From the IMG/VR virus record IMGVR_UViG_3300045988_132725: a DNA stretch of 64,000 nt. One strand, written 5' to 3'. This stretch comes from a virus. Position 1 is the first letter of the stretch, and every line of letters begins with the position of its first letter. Below the pieces are notes generated by a model that did not search any database, was not told where the DNA came from, and saw only the letters and a list, made by a program, of their open reading frames with translations. Shown piece after piece: positions 38,226 through 45,362 of the stretch. The translations under genes and the position numbers were made by a program.

Positions 38226-39188
38226 ATGAAGCGATTGTTGTTTTTGCCCTTGTTGGTATTATGTTTATCTGGATGTATGATGGAAGAGTTGGACAAGGAG
38301 TCTCCAGTTCAAGAAGCGAAAGAATATCTCGTGCCTATAAAGATGGCGGGGGAGATATTGGAGATAGAGGAAGGGCCATTGACGAAAGCTGGAGAGAACA
38401 ATGATTTGTATGGGTTTCAGATAAATAGTAAGAAGGCTGGAGAGACATCTTATTCTCCTTATGCCTATGGTTTGTTTGATGATATAAGTGACGTGAAGGT
38501 TAAGTTGATTAGTGGTGCTGAGTATGAGTTTGTTTGTACTATGGTGAGGGATGGGAAGAGTAAGATTTGGGGAATTAATCATGCCGGCCAAGGCACACCT
38601 TTTAAAATGAACTTAAATAACTATAATGAATTTATATATGATACAAAAGACTCTTATGAGAATGATTTTAAAAGGGGACTCACTGAGGTTGGTATGGAGT
38701 TATATTATGTTATTCCCAATACAGATCGTTACTATGGAACCATAGATAAAATTGATCCATTATCTGCTTCTTCTTTATCAATAAATATGAAAAGAGTTGT
38801 CTTTGGGTTGAAATGTATTGCTGATGGGCTTACGGAAGGGGAGCTTAAAATACGTGTAATGAAATATACATCTGACGATTCTCCTTATTTATCTATTAAG
38901 ACTCGTGGCGATCAATCCGTTGAAGAAATATATACTTTTGATTCTTTTTACTTGGACGATAACGGAGACCTATCTCGTGCATACACTTTAGAAGTTACCC
39001 ATATACACGTAGATAATACACAAGAGATAATAGTAAATGAGTATATGACTTTTAAACGCAATAAGAAAACCATTGTTACAATTAAGATCAAGAAGAGTAA
39101 TGGTGATACGGGTACTAAAGGAGTAGATGTTGTGTTAGACGATACCCCAATGACTGATGGAGATAAAGTGGTAATAGACGGCAAGTAA
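38226..39188 (+). CDS. lipoprotein (320 aa)
   Basis: Signal peptide plus lipobox MKRLLFLPLLVLCLSGC. Confidence 0.7.
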   Translation: MKRLLFLPLLVLCLSGCMMEELDKESPVQEAKEYLVPIKMAGEILEIEEGPLTKAGENNDLYGFQINSKKAGETSYSPYAYGLFDDISDVKVKLISGAEYEFVCTMVRDGKSKIWGINHAGQGTPFKMNLNNYNEFIYDTKDSYENDFKRGLTEVGMELYYVIPNTDRYYGTIDKIDPLSASSLSINMKRVVFGLKCIADGLTEGELKIRVMKYTSDDSPYLSIKTRGDQSVEEIYTFDSFYLDDNGDLSRAYTLEVTHIHVDNTQEIIVNEYMTFKRNKKTIVTIKIKKSNGDTGTKGVDVVLDDTPMTDGDKVVIDGK

Positions 39189-39213
39189 TAAACCAAACAT
39201 AGCTTTAAAATAG

Positions 39214-39248
39214 GGCGAACATCGTTAAATCTGGTGTTCGCCTTTTTT
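39214..39248 (+). terminator. rho-independent terminator after lipoprotein gene
   Basis: GGCGAACA (39214-39221) pairs with TGTTCGCC (39235-39242), followed by TTTTTTG. Confidence 0.75.
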
Positions 39249-39703
39249 GTATTAAATGGCTAGAATAAGGAGCAAATTGGCACTGGGATAGAGAATTTAG
39301 GGAAAACGGGGCTTGAGGATTTGGTTCCCGGAAAATTTTTGGAAACAGATATATGCATTTTTATATATAGGAAAGAAGATTGTTGGGATGGATGGCAGAT
39401 GGTTAAGAGGCAGTTGGTTAAGGGTGGAAATACTGGATGGGAAAATGAGAGAATTTACATATAGGCAAAGGTGTGCTTCCAGTGTATAAAAACTGTTTTT
39501 GATTTCTGGAAGGACAACCTAGGTTAGGGGAGGTGTTTGGAAGGGTAAAAACGGGACTTGAAAATAGGGACCGGCAACATGTATGGTATCCGCAACGCAA
39601 AGGTAACCCTCCCTCTTCTTTTTTGCCTTTTTCGTCCTGTTTGATCATTAATTAATGATTTATTTATGAATATAATATCTGATTATCAGTATGTTATGTA
39701 AAT

Positions 39704-39734
39704 AAGTTCACTAATATAGAAAGTGAACTTTTTG
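39704..39734 (+). terminator. terminator-like hairpin
   Basis: AAGTTCACT (39704-39712) pairs with AGTGAACTT (39722-39730), followed by TTTG. Confidence 0.45.
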
Positions 39735-39777
39735 ATAAAGGTGTATTAGTTGACTAGTACACTAGTAAGGTGTATAA

Positions 39778-39826
39778 TGTCATGTTTGTATAAAATATGA
39801 CATTATGTCATGTTATTTTGTCATGT
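39778..39826. repeat. TGTCATGT iterons (three direct, one inverted)
   Basis: TGTCATGTT at 39778 and 39806, TGTCATGT at 39819, and ATGACAT at 39797. Confidence 0.6.
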
Positions 39827-39912
39827 GATGATTCGCTTTAGTAAGTTGCTTACTAAAAGTAACTATTGTCTTATTTGCATTAGTTCTTTTGCCTATATAA
39901 TGTACGTGTATA

Positions 39913-40260
39913 TTATTCTTTATTGTCCTGTATCGCTTTCCTAATAGCTTCAGCGAATTTAGGATGTAAATGTATTTCGTTTTCCTCTATGATAACTAAA
40001 TTATCACTTAAACTAGTATGCTTTGTATTATCTGTCTGATTATCAATATTATCAGGGGTAAACACTTGTTCGCCTAATAGTTCATTAAATGTGCTTTTTG
40101 TATATTCTCTTAAACTACATAACTGTTTGATTGATAGTGTATTTATGTCTCTATCTAGTATGGTGGATATTGTACTTTTATTAATCCCTAATACATTTGA
40201 TAAATCTATATTAGTAATATCGTACTTAAATCGTATGTCTCGTATAGTGTTCATATCCAA
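39913..40260 (-). CDS. HTH (XRE/Cro-like) DNA-binding protein, 115 aa
   Basis: ITNIDLSNVLGINKSTISTILDRDINTLSIKQLCSL is a helix-turn-helix. Confidence 0.6.
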   Translation of the reverse strand: MDMNTIRDIRFKYDITNIDLSNVLGINKSTISTILDRDINTLSIKQLCSLREYTKSTFNELLGEQVFTPDNIDNQTDNTKHTSLSDNLVIIEENEIHLHPKFAEAIRKAIQDNKE

Positions 40261-40340
40261 TATTTTACGTATTAATATGTAGTGTATAAACGTTAAATAC
40301 GTGTTAATGAATGTATTTTCCGTTTTTAATCTAAAAAGCC

Positions 40341-40388
40341 GTTACATCTTTGCACTGTGATCAAGAAACAACGGTTACTTAGATCACA
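40341..40388 (+). repeat. conserved promoter-like box plus hairpin element, copy 1
   Basis: gttacATCtttgcActgtgatcaagaaaCaa...agatcaca, with TGTGATC (40356-40362) pairing GATCACA (40382-40388). Confidence 0.55.
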
Positions 40389-40421
40389 AAGTTCTTTGTC
40401 TTATTGATAACAGCGTAAAGT

Positions 40422-40613
40422 TTAGTCTTTTAATTCAGTACCTATTAATTCTTTGTACGGTATGTTAGTGAGTTCATGAATTAACATAACCTCTTTGATA
40501 CTGCGATCTAGCAAATTATCATATTTGCGTAAATTAGACGTATCACATTTGAGTTTATAAGCAATGTCTAATTGCTTAATATTATGTTTTTTAAGTAGCT
40601 CTCTAAAAGTCAT
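40422..40613 (-). CDS. small HTH DNA-binding protein, 63 aa
   Basis: MTFRELLKKHNIKQLDIAYKLKCDTSNLRKYDN. The track ORF extends to 40712 through a hydrophobic, low-complexity extension; the internal ATG 40611-40613 is preferred. Confidence 0.5.
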   Translation of the reverse strand: MTFRELLKKHNIKQLDIAYKLKCDTSNLRKYDNLLDRSIKEVMLIHELTNIPYKELIGTELKD

Positions 40614-40659
40614 ACAAAAACCAATTAATATTATTAAACAACTAATTAACATTCTTTTT

Positions 40660-40693
40660 ACATGTAAAATTGCACATGTGAAAAATAACATGT
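40660..40693. promoter_or_regulatory. three ACATGT palindromes at exact 14-bp spacing (candidate operators)
   Basis: ACATGT at 40660-40665, 40674-40679 and 40688-40693, 47-80 nt upstream of the small HTH gene. They abut repeat copy 2. Confidence 0.55.
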
Positions 40694-40746
40694 TACTTTG
40701 CGCTGTGATCAAGAAATAAAGATCACACCCTAACAGCTGTTAGGGT
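40692..40746 (+). repeat. promoter-like box plus hairpin element, copy 2, followed by a perfect 20-bp palindrome
   Basis: gttactttgcGctgtgatcaagaaaTaaagatcaca (TGTGATC 40704-40710 pairs GATCACA 40721-40727), then ACCCTAACAGCTGTTAGGGT (40727-40746). Confidence 0.55.
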
Positions 40747-41586
40747 TGACAAATATACTGAAATATTGATTATAAACAAAAGGTATGTAATGAGTTTTAG
40801 CGTATTGTTTTACCTGTTATCCGAAAAACTAACATAACATTGCATATTTAACAGGTTTTTGTAAGATTAATAAGTAGGTATTTGAGAAGTTGAAAGCAAG
40901 AAATAAAGGTTTAACCTTTACGATATTGCAGTGAAGTTGTGATGTATTGAGAATTAAAACAACGGTTAGACCGTTCCTAGTGTGATAGGCTAGGATAATG
41001 ATCTTTGACGTATTGAGTGCTAAAAGTACAAATAGATAGCACATAGTTCAGCTGTATTATTGAAATATATCTTTTATATTGGTTTCCGATATTGTAAGAT
41101 ATGTGTATAATATATAGCCTTATGAAAAACCTTGTAAGATAGCATTTATTTATACGCTATGAATGTTTTGTAAAACGGTAACTAAATGTAATGAACTTGA
41201 AAAGGAATATTCCGGGATAGATTTGTCGGAATGTCTGGGTGAAACCAGTTTGTACGGGTAAGGTACGCTTTAATCAATCGGTTTGGTTTTAGAACGGCTT
41301 TACTTACAATTCGGGAATGATAGGCTGTAGTCTCGTATATATATGAGGTGAATCATATCTATATCTCTATTCATTCCCAGTATTACACAACTATTGTAAC
41401 TACGAAATAATTGTGTCTTTTCGGATGGACTACCGACACGAAATACTAGAATCGTAACTTTAGTATTTGGGTGTGTCTTCCAGTGACTTTAAACTTACAA
41501 CGGCGCAAAGATACTGAAAGAATTTGTTCGATACAAATGTAGTTCGCAAATTTTTATAAACAATTTAATTATAGGAGGATTATATT

Positions 41587-42231
41587 ATGACTACAAATGA
41601 GACTATCAATCAGAATGTGGATTTTACAGTAGAACAAGTAAGAAATATTCTTTACGGCTGTATGGATAATTGCCAACGTATTTTCAAGAAATACGATTTG
41701 GAAGATTACGCTAATTGGGGAATCGCACAAAAGAAGGAATATTTTGGCGGTAAGGTAGTGATATTTACGTCTACCAGAGCTTATGTGATCCAAGACATTT
41801 CAGTGGACACTAGCGAAGATCTTGCCAACGGTATCTGGAAGGCATGGAAATCTATGTTCATACTTTCCGCATCATTAGCGAAAGTGAAGCAAAATATTAA
41901 GGAAATGGGGGGATCTATGCCTTCTTTAATGCCAGTGAAGGGTGTTGTTTCTATGTATAACGCTGAAGGAATCAATATCTTTTCCAGTGATCTTTATGGT
42001 GATTGCGCCGACAATATCAGATTTACCCCGAAATCAAAGGATATAAAAGAGGCTGGCAAACCTAAAGAGGTGCGTGATTGTGGATTCCGTCAAGCCAAGG
42101 CTATGTTTACGTTACTTGGCGCTGATAAATTGATTCGTCAATATAGATACGAGAAAGAAGAACCGAAAACTGTAATTCCCGCACTTCCGGAGACCGTGAT
42201 CGAAGAAGCGGAAGCTATCGTTCTAAATTGA
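41587..42231 (+). CDS. hypothetical 214-aa protein with strong AGGAGG ribosome-binding site
   Basis: AGGAGG at 41573-41578, 8 nt before the ATG. The gene has its own terminator. Confidence 0.6.
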   Translation: MTTNETINQNVDFTVEQVRNILYGCMDNCQRIFKKYDLEDYANWGIAQKKEYFGGKVVIFTSTRAYVIQDISVDTSEDLANGIWKAWKSMFILSASLAKVKQNIKEMGGSMPSLMPVKGVVSMYNAEGINIFSSDLYGDCADNIRFTPKSKDIKEAGKPKEVRDCGFRQAKAMFTLLGADKLIRQYRYEKEEPKTVIPALPETVIEEAEAIVLN

Positions 42232-42319
42232 TATAATTGTAGACGTACCTTGAGAAATATGTAAGGGTGTAATGTATCCGTGTGGATAATTACGCCCTTA
42301 TTATATCTATCTTGTAAAA

Positions 42320-42346
42320 GCATCCGCAATTATGTGGGTGCTTTTG
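42320..42346 (+). terminator. rho-independent terminator
   Basis: GCATCCGCA-atta-TGTGGGTGC with two G-U pairs (valid on the plus strand only), followed by TTTTG. Confidence 0.65.
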
Positions 42347-42380
42347 TGTATATTATGTATATTTGCGAAAAATAAAGAAT

Positions 42381-42698
42381 ATGGCAACGATAGTATTGGA
42401 GAAAAAACGAAAGAACATAGATTTACCAGTGGAAACATTGAAAAAGTTGTCTATCATGGCAGCATCACAGGGTAAAAGTTTAAAAGCGTTTATAGAAAAT
42501 ATTTTGATAGCAAAAGCCGATACTCTGGACGTGCAAGTTTCATTGAATCCCAGTCCAAGTAACGACCCGTGGTTTGACAACCCGAAAAACGTGGCTGCTG
42601 TAACACGAGGTATTGAGGATTTAAAACAGAAAAAAGTTGTATCTATGAATCTCGGTGAATCTTTGGATGATTTTCTTAATCGTGTAGAGCATGTATAA
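42381..42698 (+). CDS. antitoxin partner of YoeB-like toxin (105 aa)
   Basis: ATG 42381 (the track uses TTG 42363). Overlaps the toxin ATG by 8 nt. TATATTTG -7 box at 42358-42365. Confidence 0.6.
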   Translation: MATIVLEKKRKNIDLPVETLKKLSIMAASQGKSLKAFIENILIAKADTLDVQVSLNPSPSNDPWFDNPKNVAAVTRGIEDLKQKKVVSMNLGESLDDFLNRVEHV

Positions 42699-42963
42699 AA
42701 TAGAATTTACTAAAGAAGCTATTAAAGATGCTTCAAGATTACGGAAGTCGGATATGCAATCTTATAAGAAGCTTGATAAGTTAATAAATGAACTGAAAGA
42801 ACACCCTACCACAGGCACGGGGCAAGTGGAGCAATTGAAAGGGAGTCTTTCGGGATATTGGAGCAGACGAATAAACAATCAACACCGAATAATCTATTCC
42901 ATACATGAAGAAATTGTAACGGTGGAGGTTGTATCGGTTGGAGGTCATTACGGAGATAAATAA
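42691..42963 (+). CDS. yoeB: type II toxin, YoeB/Txe (RelE-superfamily) mRNA interferase
   Basis: KGSLSGYWSRRINNQHRIIYSIHEEIVTVEVVSVGGHY matches the YoeB signature (LSGYWSRRI...HR..Y...GHY). Confidence 0.8.
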   Translation: MYKIEFTKEAIKDASRLRKSDMQSYKKLDKLINELKEHPTTGTGQVEQLKGSLSGYWSRRINNQHRIIYSIHEEIVTVEVVSVGGHYGDK

Positions 42964-42982
42964 TATACAAACATAAAAATAA

Positions 42983-43012
42983 AGCACTCACAAATTTCGT
43001 GGGTGCTTTTTT
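42983..43012 (+). terminator. rho-independent terminator after the TA pair
   Basis: AGCACTCAC-aaatttc-GTGGGTGCT followed by TTTTT. The 3' arm GTGGGTGCTTTT is shared with the terminator at 42320. Confidence 0.7.
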
Positions 43013-43070
43013 CATAGGCGCTTGCATGGTGCATGAATAACTTTAAGGGAGAAAATTAAATCATAGATTT

Positions 43071-43304
43071 ATGGAAGAAAGAATAATAAACAGACTATGC
43101 GTTATTATATTCGCGAACGCAGCATTTACATTGATCGGATGTTATGTAGTGTATCTCTTTTTGAAAGATATTGAAAATACCCTACATGAAAAGATACAAG
43201 ATTTATCCGATACTTTAAAACAAATGCAATGGGAGAAAGATCTGAAAGAAGCAACAGAAATGCTTTTCGGAAAAAGCAAAAATGATACCATAATACATAT
43301 TTAG
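43071..43304 (+). CDS. small single-pass membrane protein (77 aa)
   Basis: LCVIIFANAAFTLIGCYVVYLFL is a TM helix. Confidence 0.45.
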   Translation: MEERIINRLCVIIFANAAFTLIGCYVVYLFLKDIENTLHEKIQDLSDTLKQMQWEKDLKEATEMLFGKSKNDTIIHI

Positions 43305-43336
43305 TATTAGACTGTGTATTATATCTACATGAATAA

Positions 43337-43912
43337 TTACAGGGTTGGAAGTTCAAGTATAAAATGAATAATAATAGATGAATTTGGAATGTTTTCTAAA
43401 TCTTGAATGTACTGAATTTTCTCATCTTTACTAATTTTAAAATCTTCAACATTTCTGTTTTTTTTGAGAAAATTCAAAATTTGATTGGAATATATTTCAC
43501 ACAATTGATCTTTTTTTGCGATTTTTGCATGTTTTATGGCTTGTACAAAACAGTTAAGGGTATCGGAATATTGCATAATTAAAGCTTTATATTGTCCCAT
43601 TACATACATTGACATACTATATGTTGCGTGAAAAGATTTATCGTCAAGTTCCATTATTTTAATAGCTAATTGATCCTGTAAAGTTTTAATGCGCTCATTA
43701 ATTCTTTTGTCTATTGTCATTGCGGAGTATATTTGACCACCAAGTGCTATTGCGGAAGCTATTCCAATAATCCCGATCGCACCGGTCCAGATCCACGTTA
43801 ACAACTGATCTGTAAAGATAAAAGGTTCACATCTGATAAAGGACGAACACAATGAAATTGCGGATATTGCTATAGCTATGATTGATAGCCAATTAGCTTT
43901 AAGATACTTCAT
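43337..43912 (-). CDS. two-TM N-terminus plus about 110-aa cytoplasmic domain protein (191 aa)
   Basis: ATG 43910-43912 (MKYLKANWLSIIAIAISAISL...). The track start 43987 is a TTG. TATTTTTG -7 box appears as CAAAAATA at 43931-43938. AT-rich. Confidence 0.55.
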   Translation of the reverse strand: MKYLKANWLSIIAIAISAISLCSSFIRCEPFIFTDQLLTWIWTGAIGIIGIASAIALGGQIYSAMTIDKRINERIKTLQDQLAIKIMELDDKSFHATYSMSMYVMGQYKALIMQYSDTLNCFVQAIKHAKIAKKDQLCEIYSNQILNFLKKNRNVEDFKISKDEKIQYIQDLENIPNSSIIIHFILELPTL

Positions 43913-44000
43913 ATACTTTATTTTTAACTGCAAAAATAATGAATTGGGGTGACTTCGGGAAATCGGTACGCTCATATTATACCTCAAAATTCACAAAATC

Positions 44001-44177
44001 ATGAAAAGAAAGAACAAGAAGCAAAAATTCCAGACGGTAAGAATCCGTCTGGATAAGAGAATGTTGACAGAGAAAGACGTTATAAGGATCATTCAACGTG
44101 AACTTATTGATCCAAAAGATGAAATCGATCGGATAGTGGCTGAGTCTGTGCGTCAATTTGAGCTTGAATATCCATAA
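44001..44177 (+). CDS. unlisted 58-aa basic protein (possible ribbon-helix-helix)
   Basis: MKRKNKKQKFQTVRIRLDKRMLTEKDVIRIIQRELIDPKDEIDRIVAESVRQFELEYP. Below the 60-aa track cutoff. Confidence 0.45.
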   Translation: MKRKNKKQKFQTVRIRLDKRMLTEKDVIRIIQRELIDPKDEIDRIVAESVRQFELEYP

Positions 44178-44224
44178 GTGCTTTTGATTTGGAACGTATG
44201 AAGCAAGAATCTGTACGCCTATAT

Positions 44225-44255
44225 TTTGTATAGTCGTAAACATTTTATATATTTG
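44225..44255 (+). promoter_or_regulatory. consensus Bacteroidota promoter TTTG-N19-TATATTTG
   Basis: TTTG at 44225-44228 and TAtaTTTG at 44248-44255, 14 nt upstream of the DUF4160 coding start. Confidence 0.6.
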
Positions 44256-44269
44256 AAAACAAAAAAGAT

Positions 44270-44527
44270 ATACCAATAATAAGCGAGTTTTTCGGAATAA
44301 TTGTAACTTTGCGTTTCTTGGATCACAATCCACCGCATTTTCATGCTAGATATGGATCGCAGAAAGTTTTGGTTGAAATTGAAAACGGGATTATTCGTGG
44401 CGAAATGTCTGAGCGGGCTTTACGGTTGATCTTGGAATGGCTTGATTTACATCGTGAGGAACTGAAAATCGCATGGGAAAAAGCGGCAAGTGGCAATGAT
44501 CCGGGAAAAATTGAACCATTAAAATAG
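44270..44527 (+). CDS. DUF4160-family protein, conserved N-terminus begins at an ATA codon
   Basis: (I)PIISEFFGIIVTLRFLDHNPPHFHARYGSQKV matches the family pattern MP.I..F.GI.I....DH.PPHFHA.Y. No ATG in the open frame (44240 onward). The track uses TTG 44309, which truncates the conserved N-terminus. Confidence 0.6.
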   Translation: MPIISEFFGIIVTLRFLDHNPPHFHARYGSQKVLVEIENGIIRGEMSERALRLILEWLDLHREELKIAWEKAASGNDPGKIEPLK

Positions 44528-44534
44528 TAATGTT

Positions 44535-44777
44535 ATGTTTACGGAAGTTGTACAAGCTAATTACGTGGATGGATACCGTATAGCGGTGTTGTTCAATGAC
44601 GGGGTCAAGAAAATCGTGGATTTCACGAACCTGTTAAAAAGGAATATGCCGGTATTTAAGCCTCTGGAGAACATAGACCTGTTTAAGAAATTCACAGTAA
44701 CAGATACTTTAGAGTGGGATAACGGAAACATTGATATAGCTCCAGAGTATTTGTATGAGAATGGGGTTAAGGTATAA
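44535..44777 (+). CDS. DUF2442-family protein
   Basis: VVQANYVDGYRIAVLFNDGVKKIVDF...LEWDNGNIDIAPEYLYE is the typical DUF2442 pattern. Partner of DUF4160. Confidence 0.7.
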   Translation: MFTEVVQANYVDGYRIAVLFNDGVKKIVDFTNLLKRNMPVFKPLENIDLFKKFTVTDTLEWDNGNIDIAPEYLYENGVKV

Positions 44778-44783
44778 GTAAAT

Positions 44784-44894
44784 ATGGGATTAATAGTGAC
44801 ATTCGGTTTTGTTAGCGTAGTCTCTTTATGTGTGATTACGTGGGGAATATTTGAGATCCATAAAATGAACAAGAAAAAAGAGCGATATTCGTAA
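44784..44894 (+). CDS. possible 36-aa membrane peptide
   Basis: MGLIVTFGFVSVVSLCVITWGIFEIHKMNKKKERYS. Short, so weak. Confidence 0.25.
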   Translation: MGLIVTFGFVSVVSLCVITWGIFEIHKMNKKKERYS

Positions 44895-44907
44895 AATTAC
44901 ATTGTAT

Positions 44908-45081
44908 ATGAAAACTGGAGACAAAGCAAAGGTTAGTCCTGTGCTTACGGGATTGTCCGAATGGATAGAAGGCGTGATTATTAAAATTCGCAACAACCCG
45001 TTTACAGGGCTGGAAATTGCCGTAAAAGATGCTTGTGGGCGTGTCTTTTTCGGTGAGTCTAAATATTTTCAACCCGTATAA
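44908..45081 (+). CDS. unlisted 57-aa protein coupled to vapD (candidate antitoxin/VapX-position partner)
   Basis: MKTGDKAKVSPVLTGLSEWIEGVIIKIRNNPFTGLEIAVKDACGRVFFGESKYFQPV. The stop lies 2 nt before the vapD ATG. Confidence 0.5.
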   Translation: MKTGDKAKVSPVLTGLSEWIEGVIIKIRNNPFTGLEIAVKDACGRVFFGESKYFQPV

Positions 45082-45083
45082 TC

Positions 45084-45362
45084 ATGTTTGCGATAGCTTT
45101 TGATATGGTCATTTCAGACCTTAAACAAAATTACGGGGATCCGTATAATAATGCTTATTTTGATATTAGTAACATAATGGAGAAGTATGGATTTTATAGG
45201 GCACAAGGGAGCTTGTATCTAACAGAGAATAGAGACATGGCAAACCTGTTCCGTGCTATTGAGGCTTTGAAGAAAACGGAGTGGTTCAGAAAATCAGTAC
45301 GTGACATAAGAACATTTAGGGTAGAGGATTGGTCAAACTTCACGGATTTTATGAAAGAATAA
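45084..45362 (+). CDS. vapD: VapD-family (Cas2-like fold) endoribonuclease
   Basis: MFAIAFDMVISDLKQNYG...YGFYRAQGSLYLTENRDMANLFRAIEALKKTEWFRKSVRDIRTFRVEDWSNFTDF matches the VapD pattern residue for residue in the conserved blocks. Confidence 0.8.
   Translation: MFAIAFDMVISDLKQNYGDPYNNAYFDISNIMEKYGFYRAQGSLYLTENRDMANLFRAIEALKKTEWFRKSVRDIRTFRVEDWSNFTDFMKE

Noticed and set aside
39250-39640. Possible CRISPR array or type III ToxI-like tandem repeat array in the purine-rich gap, and likewise in 40760-41586.
   Set aside because: The repeats are few, degenerate and irregularly spaced (about 245 bp apart). There is no repeat-spacer periodicity and no cas or toxN-like neighbour.
39418-39648. 76-aa minus-strand ORF in the purine-rich region.
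   Set aside because: It is low-complexity Pro/Ser/Cys/Leu translation of a pyrimidine-rich strand, with no promoter box or start context.
40356-40727. TGTGATC...GATCACA arms read as CRP/FNR-type TGTGA-N6-TCACA sites.
   Set aside because: The spacing between half-sites is about 14-21 nt, not 6. A transcript-initial hairpin or a different dimeric binder fits better.
43977-44333. 118-aa minus-strand ORF.
   Set aside because: It overlaps both the better-looking 58-aa plus-strand ORF and the conserved DUF4160 N-terminus and promoter. Its composition is not protein-like.
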